Shown here in pieces: positions 1 to 9,391 of a stretch of DNA of 64,000 nt. The position numbers were made by a program, and so were the translations under genes. The DNA is from Terriglobia bacterium (GTDB lineage Bacteria > Acidobacteriota > Terriglobia > 20CM-2-55-15): NCBI GenBank assembly GCA_965198225.1, contig CBDAOY010000008.1, positions 640,001 to 704,000 of the forward strand, written 5' to 3'. The notes beneath the pieces are model-generated. The model saw only the letters and a list, made by a program, of their open reading frames with translations, did no database searches and was not told the origin of the DNA. Each line of letters opens with the position of its first letter. The first letter of the stretch is position 1.

Positions 1-442
1 GAGACGCGTTTGAGTGGGTGCGTTCGAAGCTCGATTATCCACAAGGCTCCGCTGCAACTGGATGGGCCACTCCCGTGGCGTTCCGACAAGTTGGCGTGGG
101 AAGCGACAGGGGATGGTAATCGTGGGTGTAACCGAAAACCTGGCACGGCACGCAAAGACCCCAGCCTTCGGTACCGATTCCGCCGCTCCCCACGTCGCTC
201 TTTATCGCTGGTACTGGTTCCATTGTCAAGGATCGCGTTCCCCGATGTAGAGTCGCCAGATGTGGAAGGGAGCGATGCGGTGAGTATGAAGCGGGTCGCC
301 CGAGCTTGATCCCCGGACGTTCCCACTCCAGCTGGAGTGTTGCCGAGAGGTAGTGGATAGAATCCAGGCCACATTGATAGAATCCAAGTGCGTCCAGCGT
401 GGCCGATGACCCGATATCCGGCCAACATGGCGCGACAGTTCA

Positions 443-1870
443 ATGATTCGCCAACTCATCGGCAACCTGACCTCACCGCTTTTCTTAAAGAAGTTCGCCC
501 TGTCCCAGGAGGAATGGACCCGATCGTTACGCGGCAACAAGTCAGAGTTCGCGGAGTTTCTGGATTCTTTACAGAAGCATCTGTACGAAGCCTTGATGCG
601 GGGTTACGGGATCGATCCGTTCTGCAAGCTGTTGGCGATGCGACTTTCCAACCTTGCAGCCGCTAAGTATCACTATCTGCACCGTCACAGCGTTCTGCTG
701 TCAAAGCCGATTCAACTGACGGTCGATACGACTAACGCCTGCCAGCTTCAATGTCCTGCCTGTGTCCATACGGCCAACAAAGCGTATGCGGCGCTGTTCG
801 ACTGGCCCAAATCAACCCTGCCTCTTTCCACGTACCAGGACTTCCTGTCGCAATTTGGGGTATTCGGGTTCTGTGCAACGCTCTACAGCTATGGGGAGCC
901 CCTGCTCAACCGACAGTTCCCGGACTTCGTTCGAGAGTCGAAGAAATATCTTCTTTTCACACTGGTCTCGACAAACCTGTCGATGCCGAAGCTGGACGCC
1001 GAAGCCATTGTTGCCTCCGGCCTGGATCGGATGGTCTTGTCCATCGATGGAACGACGCAGAGCGCATACGAGCGTTATCGTCGGCGTGGTGATCTGACGC
1101 TTGTTCTCGATAACGTGCGCCGCCTGGTAACGGCGAAGAAGAAAAGTCGGTCGGCGACCCCGTACTTGGTCTGGCAGTTCTTGACCTTCGAACACAATGT
1201 GCATCAAGTCGAAGATGCCATTTCGATGGCAAGAGAATTGGGCATCGATGAAGTCATGATCGAGACCCCGTTTAGTCCTCACGAAGACGATCCCGAGATT
1301 CGATCAGTGGCGTCTCCCCATCAGGGAACATACCGGCTGTCCAGGTGGAATGGGCGCTGGTGTTCGTCTGCAAAGAGAAAAGCCGTCGCAGAGCGGGCCG
1401 CACAGATCGATGCAGCGTTCGGGTATTCGTGGCAGGAACGTTTGCTGGGTGCCGCCGCCGAAGCAGACGATGAGATCCCGAATCGCGGAACTTGTGAGTG
1501 GCTATACAACAACATCACCATGGACGGGGCCGCACGGGTCATGCCCTGCTGTATGGCGCCGGACAAGAACGAAAAGCACTTGGTCTTTCAGCATTTTGAT
1601 GGCTCGAGTGTGCATCCGGAGGACACGGTCAACTCATCGATGGCGACGCTTGCACGTACGGCTTTCGCCAGTCCGGAATCGTATGCGGCCGCTGCGAGAG
1701 ACGTGGATTCCAGCCAACGACCCTATTGCGCCAGTTGTCAGGAGCAGCCGTCATCCCCGTATAAGCTCGAAAACGTAGCCCACGACATGCGAACACTGGA
1801 TGAGAGACGTGTGGTGAGCCCGATTCTCGTGTCGGAACTTGCCAACTGGGGCTCGATGTCAGGATCGTAA
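443..1870 (+). CDS. Radical SAM protein with C-terminal SPASM/twitch-like Cys domain
   Basis: CxxxCxxC (CQLQCPAC), YGEPLL motif, LSIDG; C-terminal C..ITMDGAARVMPCC...YCASC; start uncertain. Confidence 0.85.
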   Translation: MIRQLIGNLTSPLFLKKFALSQEEWTRSLRGNKSEFAEFLDSLQKHLYEALMRGYGIDPFCKLLAMRLSNLAAAKYHYLHRHSVLLSKPIQLTVDTTNACQLQCPACVHTANKAYAALFDWPKSTLPLSTYQDFLSQFGVFGFCATLYSYGEPLLNRQFPDFVRESKKYLLFTLVSTNLSMPKLDAEAIVASGLDRMVLSIDGTTQSAYERYRRRGDLTLVLDNVRRLVTAKKKSRSATPYLVWQFLTFEHNVHQVEDAISMARELGIDEVMIETPFSPHEDDPEIRSVASPHQGTYRLSRWNGRWCSSAKRKAVAERAAQIDAAFGYSWQERLLGAAAEADDEIPNRGTCEWLYNNITMDGAARVMPCCMAPDKNEKHLVFQHFDGSSVHPEDTVNSSMATLARTAFASPESYAAAARDVDSSQRPYCASCQEQPSSPYKLENVAHDMRTLDERRVVSPILVSELANWGSMSGS

Positions 1871-1971
1871 ACCGACGGTGTGCAGATGTGCGAAGAATGC
1901 TGTGACTGCTGTACTACCTACAGCGTAAAGCTTGGACTCTGTTCCATCCTTACAACTTGCTGAAAACAAAG

Positions 1972-2019
1972 TGAGCCGTGCTGGGCTCGAAGCAGCGACC
2001 CTCTGCATAGAAGACGGAT
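1972..2019 (-). repeat. Degenerate 3' fragment of tRNA-Lys (relic att site)
   Basis: tgagccgtgctgggctcgaagcagcgaccctctgc matches 4348-4382 at 34/35 nt; looser match continues to ~2019. Confidence 0.85.
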
Positions 2020-2166
2020 CGTGTCATGTTCCAGAAGTGACTGAACAAAAGCTACTTATTGTCTCACTACGATTGGCGGATCCCCCGGAACACGGCTTTC
2101 GATGACACCTACGTCTTGTAAAGGTAAAGGTGAAACGAATGTGATGACGTTCAAAGGAGAGAAACC

Positions 2167-3621
2167 ATGGGTATTAGAGTGAAGATATTATTGGCGACCT
2201 TGTGCGCTCTTGCTTTCGTCGGTTGCGGCGGCACAGCCCCGCCGGTCCAGGATAGTGCACCCAGTACGACGATCACGCCGCAAACTATTCCCGAGGGGTA
2301 TGGCTTTCCCGGTGATCGTGACGTCGTCCAGCAGTGGGCGAACGAGTGGGAGATTGACTTGATCACCGGCAAAGCGTGGGACTTGTGGGGCGGCATGACT
2401 GCTGACACCGACCAGATTTGGGAAGGGGACAGGCTACCCGTGTGGGAGACCTGGTGTGGGACGGACGAGACGTTCAATAAGACCTGCGACAGCCAGCAAC
2501 GTCCCAGCCGCGGTTTTAAGCAAGCCGCACAGCTCAGTCACAGTGTGCCCCTTGGGGGTGAGGCGGCGTTGCGTCTCGTTACGTTCAACAAGTTCAACCC
2601 GTCGATGGCAGGATTCCTAGCCGAGATGCACGCCGGGCCTGGCGGTGAATACGACTACACGCTGAAAGACAGCTTATCAAGCCTGAATCAAGCGTGGCCC
2701 GCCGGTACGCCGGTCGCCAATCGAAAGATTCAAGAAACGCCTTACGTTGAGGGAGTGACCGCGGCCATCGAGACCAAGCCGGTGATGTTCTTGGTGAAGC
2801 AAGATCAGCTGACACCGGTTCCGTTATGGCAAGGACCACAAGACAGCGTGCCTGCGAGGCAACCGAGCCAGGGGAACAACTGCGTGGATGTGACAGATGG
2901 CAATAGTGCCAATGCCGTCAATTGCCATCCGGATCCAACCACCTGGCTCACATGCGTCTTGGTCGATCCGAATCTGCCGGGTGCGCCGGCCGACGCGATA
3001 CCGGTGCCTGCGACTGCGCAGCAGATCGAAGGTGCTGTTCGAAACCCGGAATTGGCGTGCGAGAGCTTTTTGTACATACCAATCAGCACTATCTATCACA
3101 CGAGGTTGGATGCTTCTGAAGCCGCCGCCTTCAACCGAGTGCAGCAAGAAGCGGGCATCCAAGCGAGCGCAGGCGACTATTCTGTGCTCACGGCCATGCA
3201 CGTGAATACCAAAGAGATCATCAACTGGACATGGCAGACGTACTGGTGGCAGCCTGGTGGGGACGCCCCGAACGATTACCCCGGCAACAAGGGGGGGATG
3301 ACAGACCAGGTCAGGAATGAGTGGCGAAACTACGCCATGTGCACGGCCTACAACCAAACCCAGGGGACAACAAGCTCGGACATCCAGATCTGCTTCAACC
3401 CTTTTCTGGAGACTTCGTCCGGAATTCCGGACGGACTACAGAGCAACTGCATGAGCTGTCACGGGACTGGCACCGTCGGCACGATGGCCGACGAAAGGCT
3501 GCCATTGCTAAGTTACCCGAGCAGGTACACGACACCGATTGATTTCAATAACGACCCCATATTTGCACCATACACGCGCACTGACTTTTCTTGGGCGATT
3601 CCCGGAGATGCTCGTGAATAG
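2167..3621 (+). CDS. Cys-rich lipoprotein with one C-terminal CxxCH heme-c motif, function unknown
   Basis: RBS aaggag; signal peptide with lipobox LAFVG-C; SNCMSCHG near C-terminus. Confidence 0.75.
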   Translation: MGIRVKILLATLCALAFVGCGGTAPPVQDSAPSTTITPQTIPEGYGFPGDRDVVQQWANEWEIDLITGKAWDLWGGMTADTDQIWEGDRLPVWETWCGTDETFNKTCDSQQRPSRGFKQAAQLSHSVPLGGEAALRLVTFNKFNPSMAGFLAEMHAGPGGEYDYTLKDSLSSLNQAWPAGTPVANRKIQETPYVEGVTAAIETKPVMFLVKQDQLTPVPLWQGPQDSVPARQPSQGNNCVDVTDGNSANAVNCHPDPTTWLTCVLVDPNLPGAPADAIPVPATAQQIEGAVRNPELACESFLYIPISTIYHTRLDASEAAAFNRVQQEAGIQASAGDYSVLTAMHVNTKEIINWTWQTYWWQPGGDAPNDYPGNKGGMTDQVRNEWRNYAMCTAYNQTQGTTSSDIQICFNPFLETSSGIPDGLQSNCMSCHGTGTVGTMADERLPLLSYPSRYTTPIDFNNDPIFAPYTRTDFSWAIPGDARE

Positions 3622-3720
3622 AAAGAGTCAAGCACCCTATATAGGGCATTGTCGAGTTAGGTTGACTGATGACCTCTCGAGGTACTGTCAACTTGGGCCC
3701 ATAACTGACAGACTGGCCCT

Positions 3721-4240
3721 GTGAAATCGATCCGATCCCGCTATCACGGATGTCGCTGTCCAGTCGAAATCATCAGTCATGCCGTCTGGCTCTACTACAG
3801 ATTCGGTATCAGCTTCCGAGATGTCGAAGATCTGCTCGCCAAACGGGGAATCACAGTGTCCTACGCGACAATCCACCGGTGGTGCGCGAAGTTCGGGCTC
3901 GACTGTGCCAAGCGTCTGAAGCGACGACAAGGTCGACTCGGAGATACATGGTTCCTGGCCGAAGTTTTCGTCAGGATCAACGGTGAACGGTAATATCTGT
4001 GGCGTGCCGTGGATCAAGACGGAGACGTGATCGATATCCTCGTTCAGTTGCGGCGCAACCGTTGTGCAGCGGAGCGTTTCTTTCGCAAGCTCTTGAAGGG
4101 GCAAGGAACGGTTCCGTTTCGCCTGGTCACCGATAGGTTGAAGAGTTGCGGCGCGGCACTCCGGACGATCATTCCTTCGGTGAACCATGACACCGCACGG
4201 TATGCCAACAACCGCGCTGAAGTTTCACACCAGCCGACCC
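3721..4240 (+). pseudogene. IS6-family transposase remnant
   Basis: EIISHAVWLYYRF..SFRDVEDLL, AVDQDGDVIDIL, NNRAEVSHQPTR; in-frame TAA at 3991-3993; C-terminus missing; end-like ggtactgtcaac at ~3681. Confidence 0.85.
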
Positions 4241-4347
4241 GTCCGCTCGGCCTAAGAAGGAGGCTCGAAAGGGGTTCACGTGGCACCCTATTGGTACCCA
4301 GAGTGAGAACGTCTAGGTGGCGTGATTGTTAGGTCTTTCATTTTCAA

Positions 4348-4420
4348 TGAGCCGTGCTGGGCTCGAACCAGCGACCCTCTGCTTAAAAGGCAGATGCTCT
4401 ACCAACTGAGCTAACGGCCC
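4348..4420 (-). tRNA. tRNA-Lys(UUU), 73 nt, CCA not encoded
   Basis: GGGCCGTTAGCTCAGTTGGTAGAGCATCTGC-CTTTTAA-GCAGAGGGTCGCTGGTTCGAGCCCAGCACGGCTCA folds as a cloverleaf, anticodon TTT. Confidence 0.97.
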
Positions 4421-4428
4421 ATGCGTGC

Positions 4429-4457
4429 AACCTAACAACTAACTCCTTTAGCCTCAA
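4429..4457 (-). promoter_or_regulatory. Putative element-borne sigma70 promoter for the intact tRNA-Lys
   Basis: Minus strand TTGAGG-N17-TAGGTT with extended -10 TG, 8 nt upstream of tRNA base 1. Confidence 0.55.
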
Positions 4458-4505
4458 CAAATCCTATTTCCATGGCGCGTGAAAAATCGACCTGTTGGCC
4501 TCAAA

Positions 4506-4529
4506 CTGTGCCAAAAATGTGCCCAAAAT
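4506..4529. promoter_or_regulatory. Putative integrase arm-type binding sites (left end)
   Basis: ctgtgccaaaaatgtgcccaaaat; first 16 bp identical to 33073-33088. Confidence 0.65.
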
Positions 4530-4532
4530 CGT

Positions 4533-5696
4533 TCAGTTCGGCCTTGCTGTGCTCGAAATCGGTCGATGTTCGTCCGCTTGGCGGTCGAGCTTGGTCAAGG
4601 CCTCTCGCATCATGTTCAGCTTCGCTCGGCTGTAGCGCTTGAATACCGCCGAGTCTCCCTGCCGCAGCATTTGGGTGACAAAATGGTCCGCGACTCCTCC
4701 GGCACTGAGCCGAGTCGCAAAGGTGTGGCGCAACTCGTATAGCGGGAAATGAGGTGCGCCAGCACGCCGCAGTGTCGCCGCCCAAATATTCTTCAGTGAT
4801 CTGATGTAGGGCCGACTGGATTTTGCGCGTGGCGTCGGGAACAGATATTCGCTGGCCGGCGTCGCTTCCATCTGCGCTTGGAACGCCCGGTACGCCAAAT
4901 CCGAAATCGGCATCTCGCCGACCCCGTTTGCCGTCTTGGAGTCCGGGATATAAACCACACGGTTTTCCATATCCACCTGCCATTTCTTCATGGGCATCAG
5001 TTCCTTATAGGGACGGAGCCCCGTCTCAGTGAGAATGACGATCGCGTTACGCAGGTAATCGGGTGCAGAAAACTCAATCCGCTGCTGCTCGCTGGCCGTC
5101 ATGTAGTGAGGCTTTTTGGTTGCGTTCCACAATGGAACCGGAAATTCAACCGCACTACAGGGGTTCGTATCCAAACATTTCTTCTTCACCGCAACATTCA
5201 GAATCCGCTTCAAAATGCGGAATTCCTGGTGCACAGTGGCCGGCTTGAGCTTTCCCACAAGCCGGGTTCCGAACTTCGTGCGTACCCTCCTTCCTGAGCA
5301 CAAGCGCCCAGCGATGTAATCCTCGATCGCATCTGCGGTCACTTCCGTTAAGGGAATCTTACCGAATGCCGGTCGCAGAAACTTGAGGGCATTGAGATTC
5401 TCCGTGTGGGTCTTTTCCGAGCGGAAGGGAGGCTTGGAACGTCTTTCCAGAAACCAATCAGCCCATTGGTCAAAGGTTAGTTTTTGGCCGGCCAGAATGG
5501 CGGGTAACCTTCCCTCGTCCCTGGCATCCAACCGGTCTCGCAGAAGGCGGTTTGCTTCTTGTTCATCTGCGGTTCCCGTCGATTCCCTCCGAAGCTTTCC
5601 TTCCCGGTCCCGGTAGCGCATCCACCAAAACGCGGAACCCTTGCGTTGGAAGATGCTCCCCTCTCGGATCTTCGGTCTTCCTCTTCTCTTGTTCAT
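4533..5696 (-). CDS. int: Tyrosine recombinase/integrase
   Basis: N-terminal arm-binding-like domain; ETGLR, DSKT, YELRHTFATRL, FKRY; RBS GGAGG before ATG at 5696. Confidence 0.93.
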   Translation of the reverse strand: MNKRRGRPKIREGSIFQRKGSAFWWMRYRDREGKLRRESTGTADEQEANRLLRDRLDARDEGRLPAILAGQKLTFDQWADWFLERRSKPPFRSEKTHTENLNALKFLRPAFGKIPLTEVTADAIEDYIAGRLCSGRRVRTKFGTRLVGKLKPATVHQEFRILKRILNVAVKKKCLDTNPCSAVEFPVPLWNATKKPHYMTASEQQRIEFSAPDYLRNAIVILTETGLRPYKELMPMKKWQVDMENRVVYIPDSKTANGVGEMPISDLAYRAFQAQMEATPASEYLFPTPRAKSSRPYIRSLKNIWAATLRRAGAPHFPLYELRHTFATRLSAGGVADHFVTQMLRQGDSAVFKRYSRAKLNMMREALTKLDRQADEHRPISSTARPN

Positions 5697-5898
5697 CGAT
5701 TCCTCCATTGACATGAAATTGCTGGCGCCACTCGGCCAATTCCGACAGTCGGAAGCGGATCGAGCGGCCCATCATGCGGTAATGGGGAATCTGCTTTCGC
5801 TCGACGTAAGCATACACCAGCGATGGGCTGACACCGAGGAACCGGGCGGCTTCCTTCACGGTGATGGGGGTTTCGGTTGCTTCTTTATCAAGGCTCAT
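5563..5898 (-). CDS. Excisionase-like HTH (HTH_17/MerR-type) DNA-binding protein
   Basis: ITVKEAARFLGVSPSLVYAYVERKQIPHYRMMGRSIRF; upstream of and overlapping int. Confidence 0.85.
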   Translation of the reverse strand: MSLDKEATETPITVKEAARFLGVSPSLVYAYVERKQIPHYRMMGRSIRFRLSELAEWRQQFHVNGGIDEQEKRKTEDPRGEHLPTQGFRVLVDALPGPGRKASEGIDGNRR

Positions 5899-5970
5899 CG
5901 TTTCCTCTGCCGAAGAACGGCCCAACGGTGCTCGGCGGGAAGAATTTTTGGGGCTCTTTTCGCGAGTTCA

Positions 5971-6285
5971 CTAATCCCACTCGCCGGTCTCATCCCGTCG
6001 GAGCGCTTCCACGAGTTCCGGATCGCCTTCGCCGCGGCGGATCGAGCGCTCGACCAGATCGACCCGCCGTCCCAGATCGGCGAGTCCGGCTCCGCACGCG
6101 ATGCCATAGAGCGTGGCGGCTATGGCGCCCAGGACCAAGCACAGGTGCAAGGCGATGACCCCGCCATAGTCGGCGAGGATCACCCGCCAGAAGGGCGCGA
6201 GATACTCCAGACGCGAACCGGCAGCGAGGACGGTTACCTCGGCGAGGGCGGCAGTCAGGCCGGCGCTGATTTTCCACGGCTGCAT
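5971..6285 (-). CDS. Small membrane protein, hypothetical
   Basis: RBS ggagg, hydrophobic helices, co-oriented between relaxase and xis. Confidence 0.65.
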   Translation of the reverse strand: MQPWKISAGLTAALAEVTVLAAGSRLEYLAPFWRVILADYGGVIALHLCLVLGAIAATLYGIACGAGLADLGRRVDLVERSIRRGEGDPELVEALRRDETGEWD

Positions 6286-6294
6286 TGGCCTCCC

Positions 6295-7179
6295 CTAGAG
6301 CTCGAACGCGCCCGGGTCCCGCTGGGCCGGGCCACGGGTAGAGGCATGATCTTCGCCGGCGCCCAAGGCGCGAAGCACCCGCGCCTGGGCGGACCCGGTG
6401 GCGTGCACCACGAATCCGGCACGGGCCTTGGCCCGGATGGCGGAGGCGCTGTAGTGTCCGGAAGCCACCTCGATGTTGACGCGACCGGTCCGCCCATCCT
6501 CACCGGTGTACTCCAACTGTGCATCGGGGTAGTGCACACGGCCGTTTTCGTCGACAGGTAGGCCGAGTTCTTCAGCGGCACGGCGCCGCTCGGCATCGGC
6601 CGCTTGCCGGCCGTCCCGCACCCGGGCGGTTTCGCTACGGCGGGCGATCATGCTCTTCAACTCGTTGTCGAGCCGGACGTGCCGGAGGGTGGCGCCGTGT
6701 CCGGACAGGCGCTGCTGCTCCCGCCCGCAGGCCCGATAGATGGCGGTGTCGTGGACGATCTGGGCGCGTTGGACGAGCCCGGATTCGAATTGTTGTCCGG
6801 AGTCGAGATCCTGCTCGGCGGCGATATCGCGGGCGGTGTCCGCCCCTCGTGCAGTGAGCGTCAAGACCTTGAATGGATTCCCCTTCGGGCCTGTGGCCGT
6901 GGACTCCCGCGCGAGTCCTTCCTCGATCCACCCGTTCACGGCCCTCCGGGTGGTGTAGGGATGGCCGCCGAAGTGGGCCTCGGCCAGATCGCGGAACGAG
7001 ACACTGCGGTAGATCCCGACGTCGGCTAGGGCGCGGTTCGAGCGCTCGCGAAAGGACACCCGCTCGGCGTGCTCCCGGGGCTCGTACTCCCGGCGATGGC
7101 CGGCGCGCATGCGGTCGGCATGGCGGCTCTCCGGCGCGGGACTTCGATCCGATTCGATCATGCGGTCGAGCATCGTCAA
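6295..7179 (-). CDS. Putative relaxase, Replic_Relax/MOB_C-like (wHTH + PD-(D/E)xK-type fold)
   Basis: wHTH-like region (LTLTARG), IVHD motif, YPDAQLEY...NIEVASGHY; T4SS context. Confidence 0.65.
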   Translation of the reverse strand: MTMLDRMIESDRSPAPESRHADRMRAGHRREYEPREHAERVSFRERSNRALADVGIYRSVSFRDLAEAHFGGHPYTTRRAVNGWIEEGLARESTATGPKGNPFKVLTLTARGADTARDIAAEQDLDSGQQFESGLVQRAQIVHDTAIYRACGREQQRLSGHGATLRHVRLDNELKSMIARRSETARVRDGRQAADAERRRAAEELGLPVDENGRVHYPDAQLEYTGEDGRTGRVNIEVASGHYSASAIRAKARAGFVVHATGSAQARVLRALGAGEDHASTRGPAQRDPGAFEL

Positions 7180-7183
7180 TCCC

Positions 7184-8215
7184 TCAGCGACTCGGCCCGA
7201 AACTCCGCTCCGGAACGGGGAGCTTGTGCTGCGGCTGCATGGCGGCCTCAGGCTTGGCGGCGAGACGGGTGGCGACGGCCGCTACCGGCTCGCGCTCCGT
7301 TTCCCGTTCCCGGCTGCGGTCCATGACGAAGTCGGAGATCTTCTGGGCGTCGGCCGCGGCGCGGCGGATCTTGCGGGGGTCTTCCTTGAGCACCTTCACC
7401 CAGCTTTCGACATAGGCGGCGCCGCAGCTGGGGTCGTGGCCCACGCCCACCCGCTCGCCCGTCATCATGGCGCTGATCTCCGCGCGCAGCTCCTCCTTGG
7501 CATAGGCCTCCGATCCAAAGCCCGCCTTGACGCCCTCGGTCAACGATTCCCGGTTCATCCGGTCCGGGTGGCCGGTCGAGTGCCCCAGCTCATGCAGGGC
7601 GGTCTGGTAGTAGTGGTTGGCCGAGGGGAACTGCCCCTTCTCGGGCAGCACGATCTCGTCGCCGTTGACGTTGTAGTAGGCCCGGTCCCCGGCCACGTGG
7701 CGGATGGGAACTCCATTGGCTTCCAGGGTCTGTTCGGCCTTCTGGTGGGCCTTCCAGAGGGACTCGGCCGTGGGAGTGGGCCGGGCCGGGAGCCCGTCGG
7801 CCTGCTCCGCATTGAATACGGTGTATTGCTTGACCCAGGGTGTGGCGAGGCGTTCATAGCGGTAAACGCGCTTGCCTTCTTCGTCGGTCACGGGCTGTCC
7901 CCGCTCGTCGGTGACGGCGATCCGTTTGTGATCCTGGTAGTTGAGGATGCGGGTGCCCTGCTCGCCTTTGCGGACCTGGCCGCCTTGGGCCTGGATCTGA
8001 CGGTAGGTGCCCCAGCGGACGTCGCCGTAGCCTTTGGCCTGCGCCACGGCGGCCAGGTGCAGGCTGTTGCCTCCGGCATAGGGACGGCCGGTATCGACGT
8101 TTGCGGGCAGGACGCGCTCGCCCGGCTTCCAGGGCTTCTGCCATGGGGAGGTGCCCTGGCAGATCTGCTCGATGATCTGATCGGCGAACCGGCGATGGGA
8201 CTCTTCGGGTGTCAT
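7184..8215 (-). CDS. ardC: ArdC-family antirestriction / ssDNA-binding protein (copy 1)
   Basis: PWQKPW, WGTYRQIQAQGGQVRKGEQG, VFNAEQ, HELGHSTGH, YAKEELRAE. Confidence 0.92.
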   Translation of the reverse strand: MTPEESHRRFADQIIEQICQGTSPWQKPWKPGERVLPANVDTGRPYAGGNSLHLAAVAQAKGYGDVRWGTYRQIQAQGGQVRKGEQGTRILNYQDHKRIAVTDERGQPVTDEEGKRVYRYERLATPWVKQYTVFNAEQADGLPARPTPTAESLWKAHQKAEQTLEANGVPIRHVAGDRAYYNVNGDEIVLPEKGQFPSANHYYQTALHELGHSTGHPDRMNRESLTEGVKAGFGSEAYAKEELRAEISAMMTGERVGVGHDPSCGAAYVESWVKVLKEDPRKIRRAAADAQKISDFVMDRSRERETEREPVAAVATRLAAKPEAAMQPQHKLPVPERSFGPSR

Positions 8216-8436
8216 GGTTCCACCCCCTTCTGAGCATCCCGGATCTCTTCTTCGCTGCCCACGTCCTCGGGGAAGAGGCCGTACTCTTCGGCGATCCAGG
8301 CCGGGATTTCGAGGGTCTCGTCCCCGTCCCGAGCCAACTCGCGGTCGAAGTCTTCGAGCGAGTTGACCCGTATGACCTTCTCTTCCGTCGTCATGTCTTC
8401 ACTCCTTGTCTCGTCCTTGGTTTCGTCATGCTTCAT
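8212..8436 (-). CDS. Small acidic hypothetical protein
   Basis: RBS ggagg; overlaps both neighbouring genes (translational coupling). Confidence 0.55.
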   Translation of the reverse strand: MKHDETKDETRSEDMTTEEKVIRVNSLEDFDRELARDGDETLEIPAWIAEEYGLFPEDVGSEEEIRDAQKGVEP

Positions 8437-9391
8437 CGTGTTCCCTCCATATCGGCTCGGTGCGCCAACGGTTGGCGGCCGCGTCGTAGCCCTGAACCTC
8501 GAGCGCTTCCTCGACGAAGCGCTCGCCTCCTCGGCGCGTCATGTGAATCACCATCGCGATGCCGTCCACCACGCCTCGACATGTGACTTCCCAGGGAAGC
8601 TCACGGCCGCCTTGCATGGCGCAACTGGCTATCCTCGATAAGGCGCTCTCGGCGTTGTTGGCGTGTACGGTCGTGAGCGAGCCTCCGTGTCCGGTGTTAA
8701 GGGCTTGCAGCAGGTCCGCCGCCTCGCCGCCACGAACCTCGCCGACCACGATGTGATCCGGGCGGTGGCGCAAGGCGTGGCGCACCAGGTCCCGGATCGT
8801 CACCGCCCCTTCCTCTAACCCGCGCGCCTCGAATCGGACGCAATTGGGTCGCTCGATCCGAAGCTCCAGCGTGTCCTCGATGGCGACAATGCGCTCGTCC
8901 TCCGGCAGGAGTTCAATGAGCGCATTGAGCAACGTGGTCTTGCCCGATCCTGTGCCGCCCGAAACCAGGATGTTTCGCCGCGAGTGCAACACCCGCCCCG
9001 CTTCCGCCCGCACGTTTTCGGGGAGCGCGCCTTGTTCGACTAAATCCGCCGCCGTAAACGCCCGCTTGCCAAAGCGCCGAACTGTGATGGCGACCGTGGG
9101 GCTTGCGGGCGGAACACAGATGGCCACCCGCGAGCCGTCGTCCAGGCGCGCATCGACAATCGGCGAGCTTGCAGGGTCCAGGCCCAGAGGCCGGGCGATG
9201 TGGATGGCCGCCCGCACCAGGGCCGCTTCATTCAGATCCGGCGCGGGATGCTCCGTCAATCGTCCAGCCCGTTCCACCCAGACATTGCCGGGGCCGTTAA
9301 TCATGATCTCGCTCACTTCGGAATCTTCCAGGGCGCTCTCCAGGCCCGGTAGAAAAGGTTTCAGGTGTTCGAGACCGCTCACGGCGCTCAT
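8426..9391 (-). CDS. VirB11/TrbB/CpaF-family secretion ATPase
   Basis: GGTGSGKTT, IEDTLEL, RPDHIVVGEVRGGEA, NTGHGGSLTTVHAN. Confidence 0.92.
   Translation of the reverse strand: MSAVSGLEHLKPFLPGLESALEDSEVSEIMINGPGNVWVERAGRLTEHPAPDLNEAALVRAAIHIARPLGLDPASSPIVDARLDDGSRVAICVPPASPTVAITVRRFGKRAFTAADLVEQGALPENVRAEAGRVLHSRRNILVSGGTGSGKTTLLNALIELLPEDERIVAIEDTLELRIERPNCVRFEARGLEEGAVTIRDLVRHALRHRPDHIVVGEVRGGEAADLLQALNTGHGGSLTTVHANNAESALSRIASCAMQGGRELPWEVTCRGVVDGIAMVIHMTRRGGERFVEEALEVQGYDAAANRWRTEPIWREHDEA

Noticed and set aside
1-442. RiPP precursor ORFs and the gatagaatcca 11-bp repeat upstream of the radical SAM gene
   Set aside because: No RBS-supported or compositionally distinctive peptide; the repeat is too short to interpret.
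5563-5714. Programmed xis-int frameshift fusion
   Set aside because: int has its own GGAGG RBS and ATG; no slippery site seen in the overlap.
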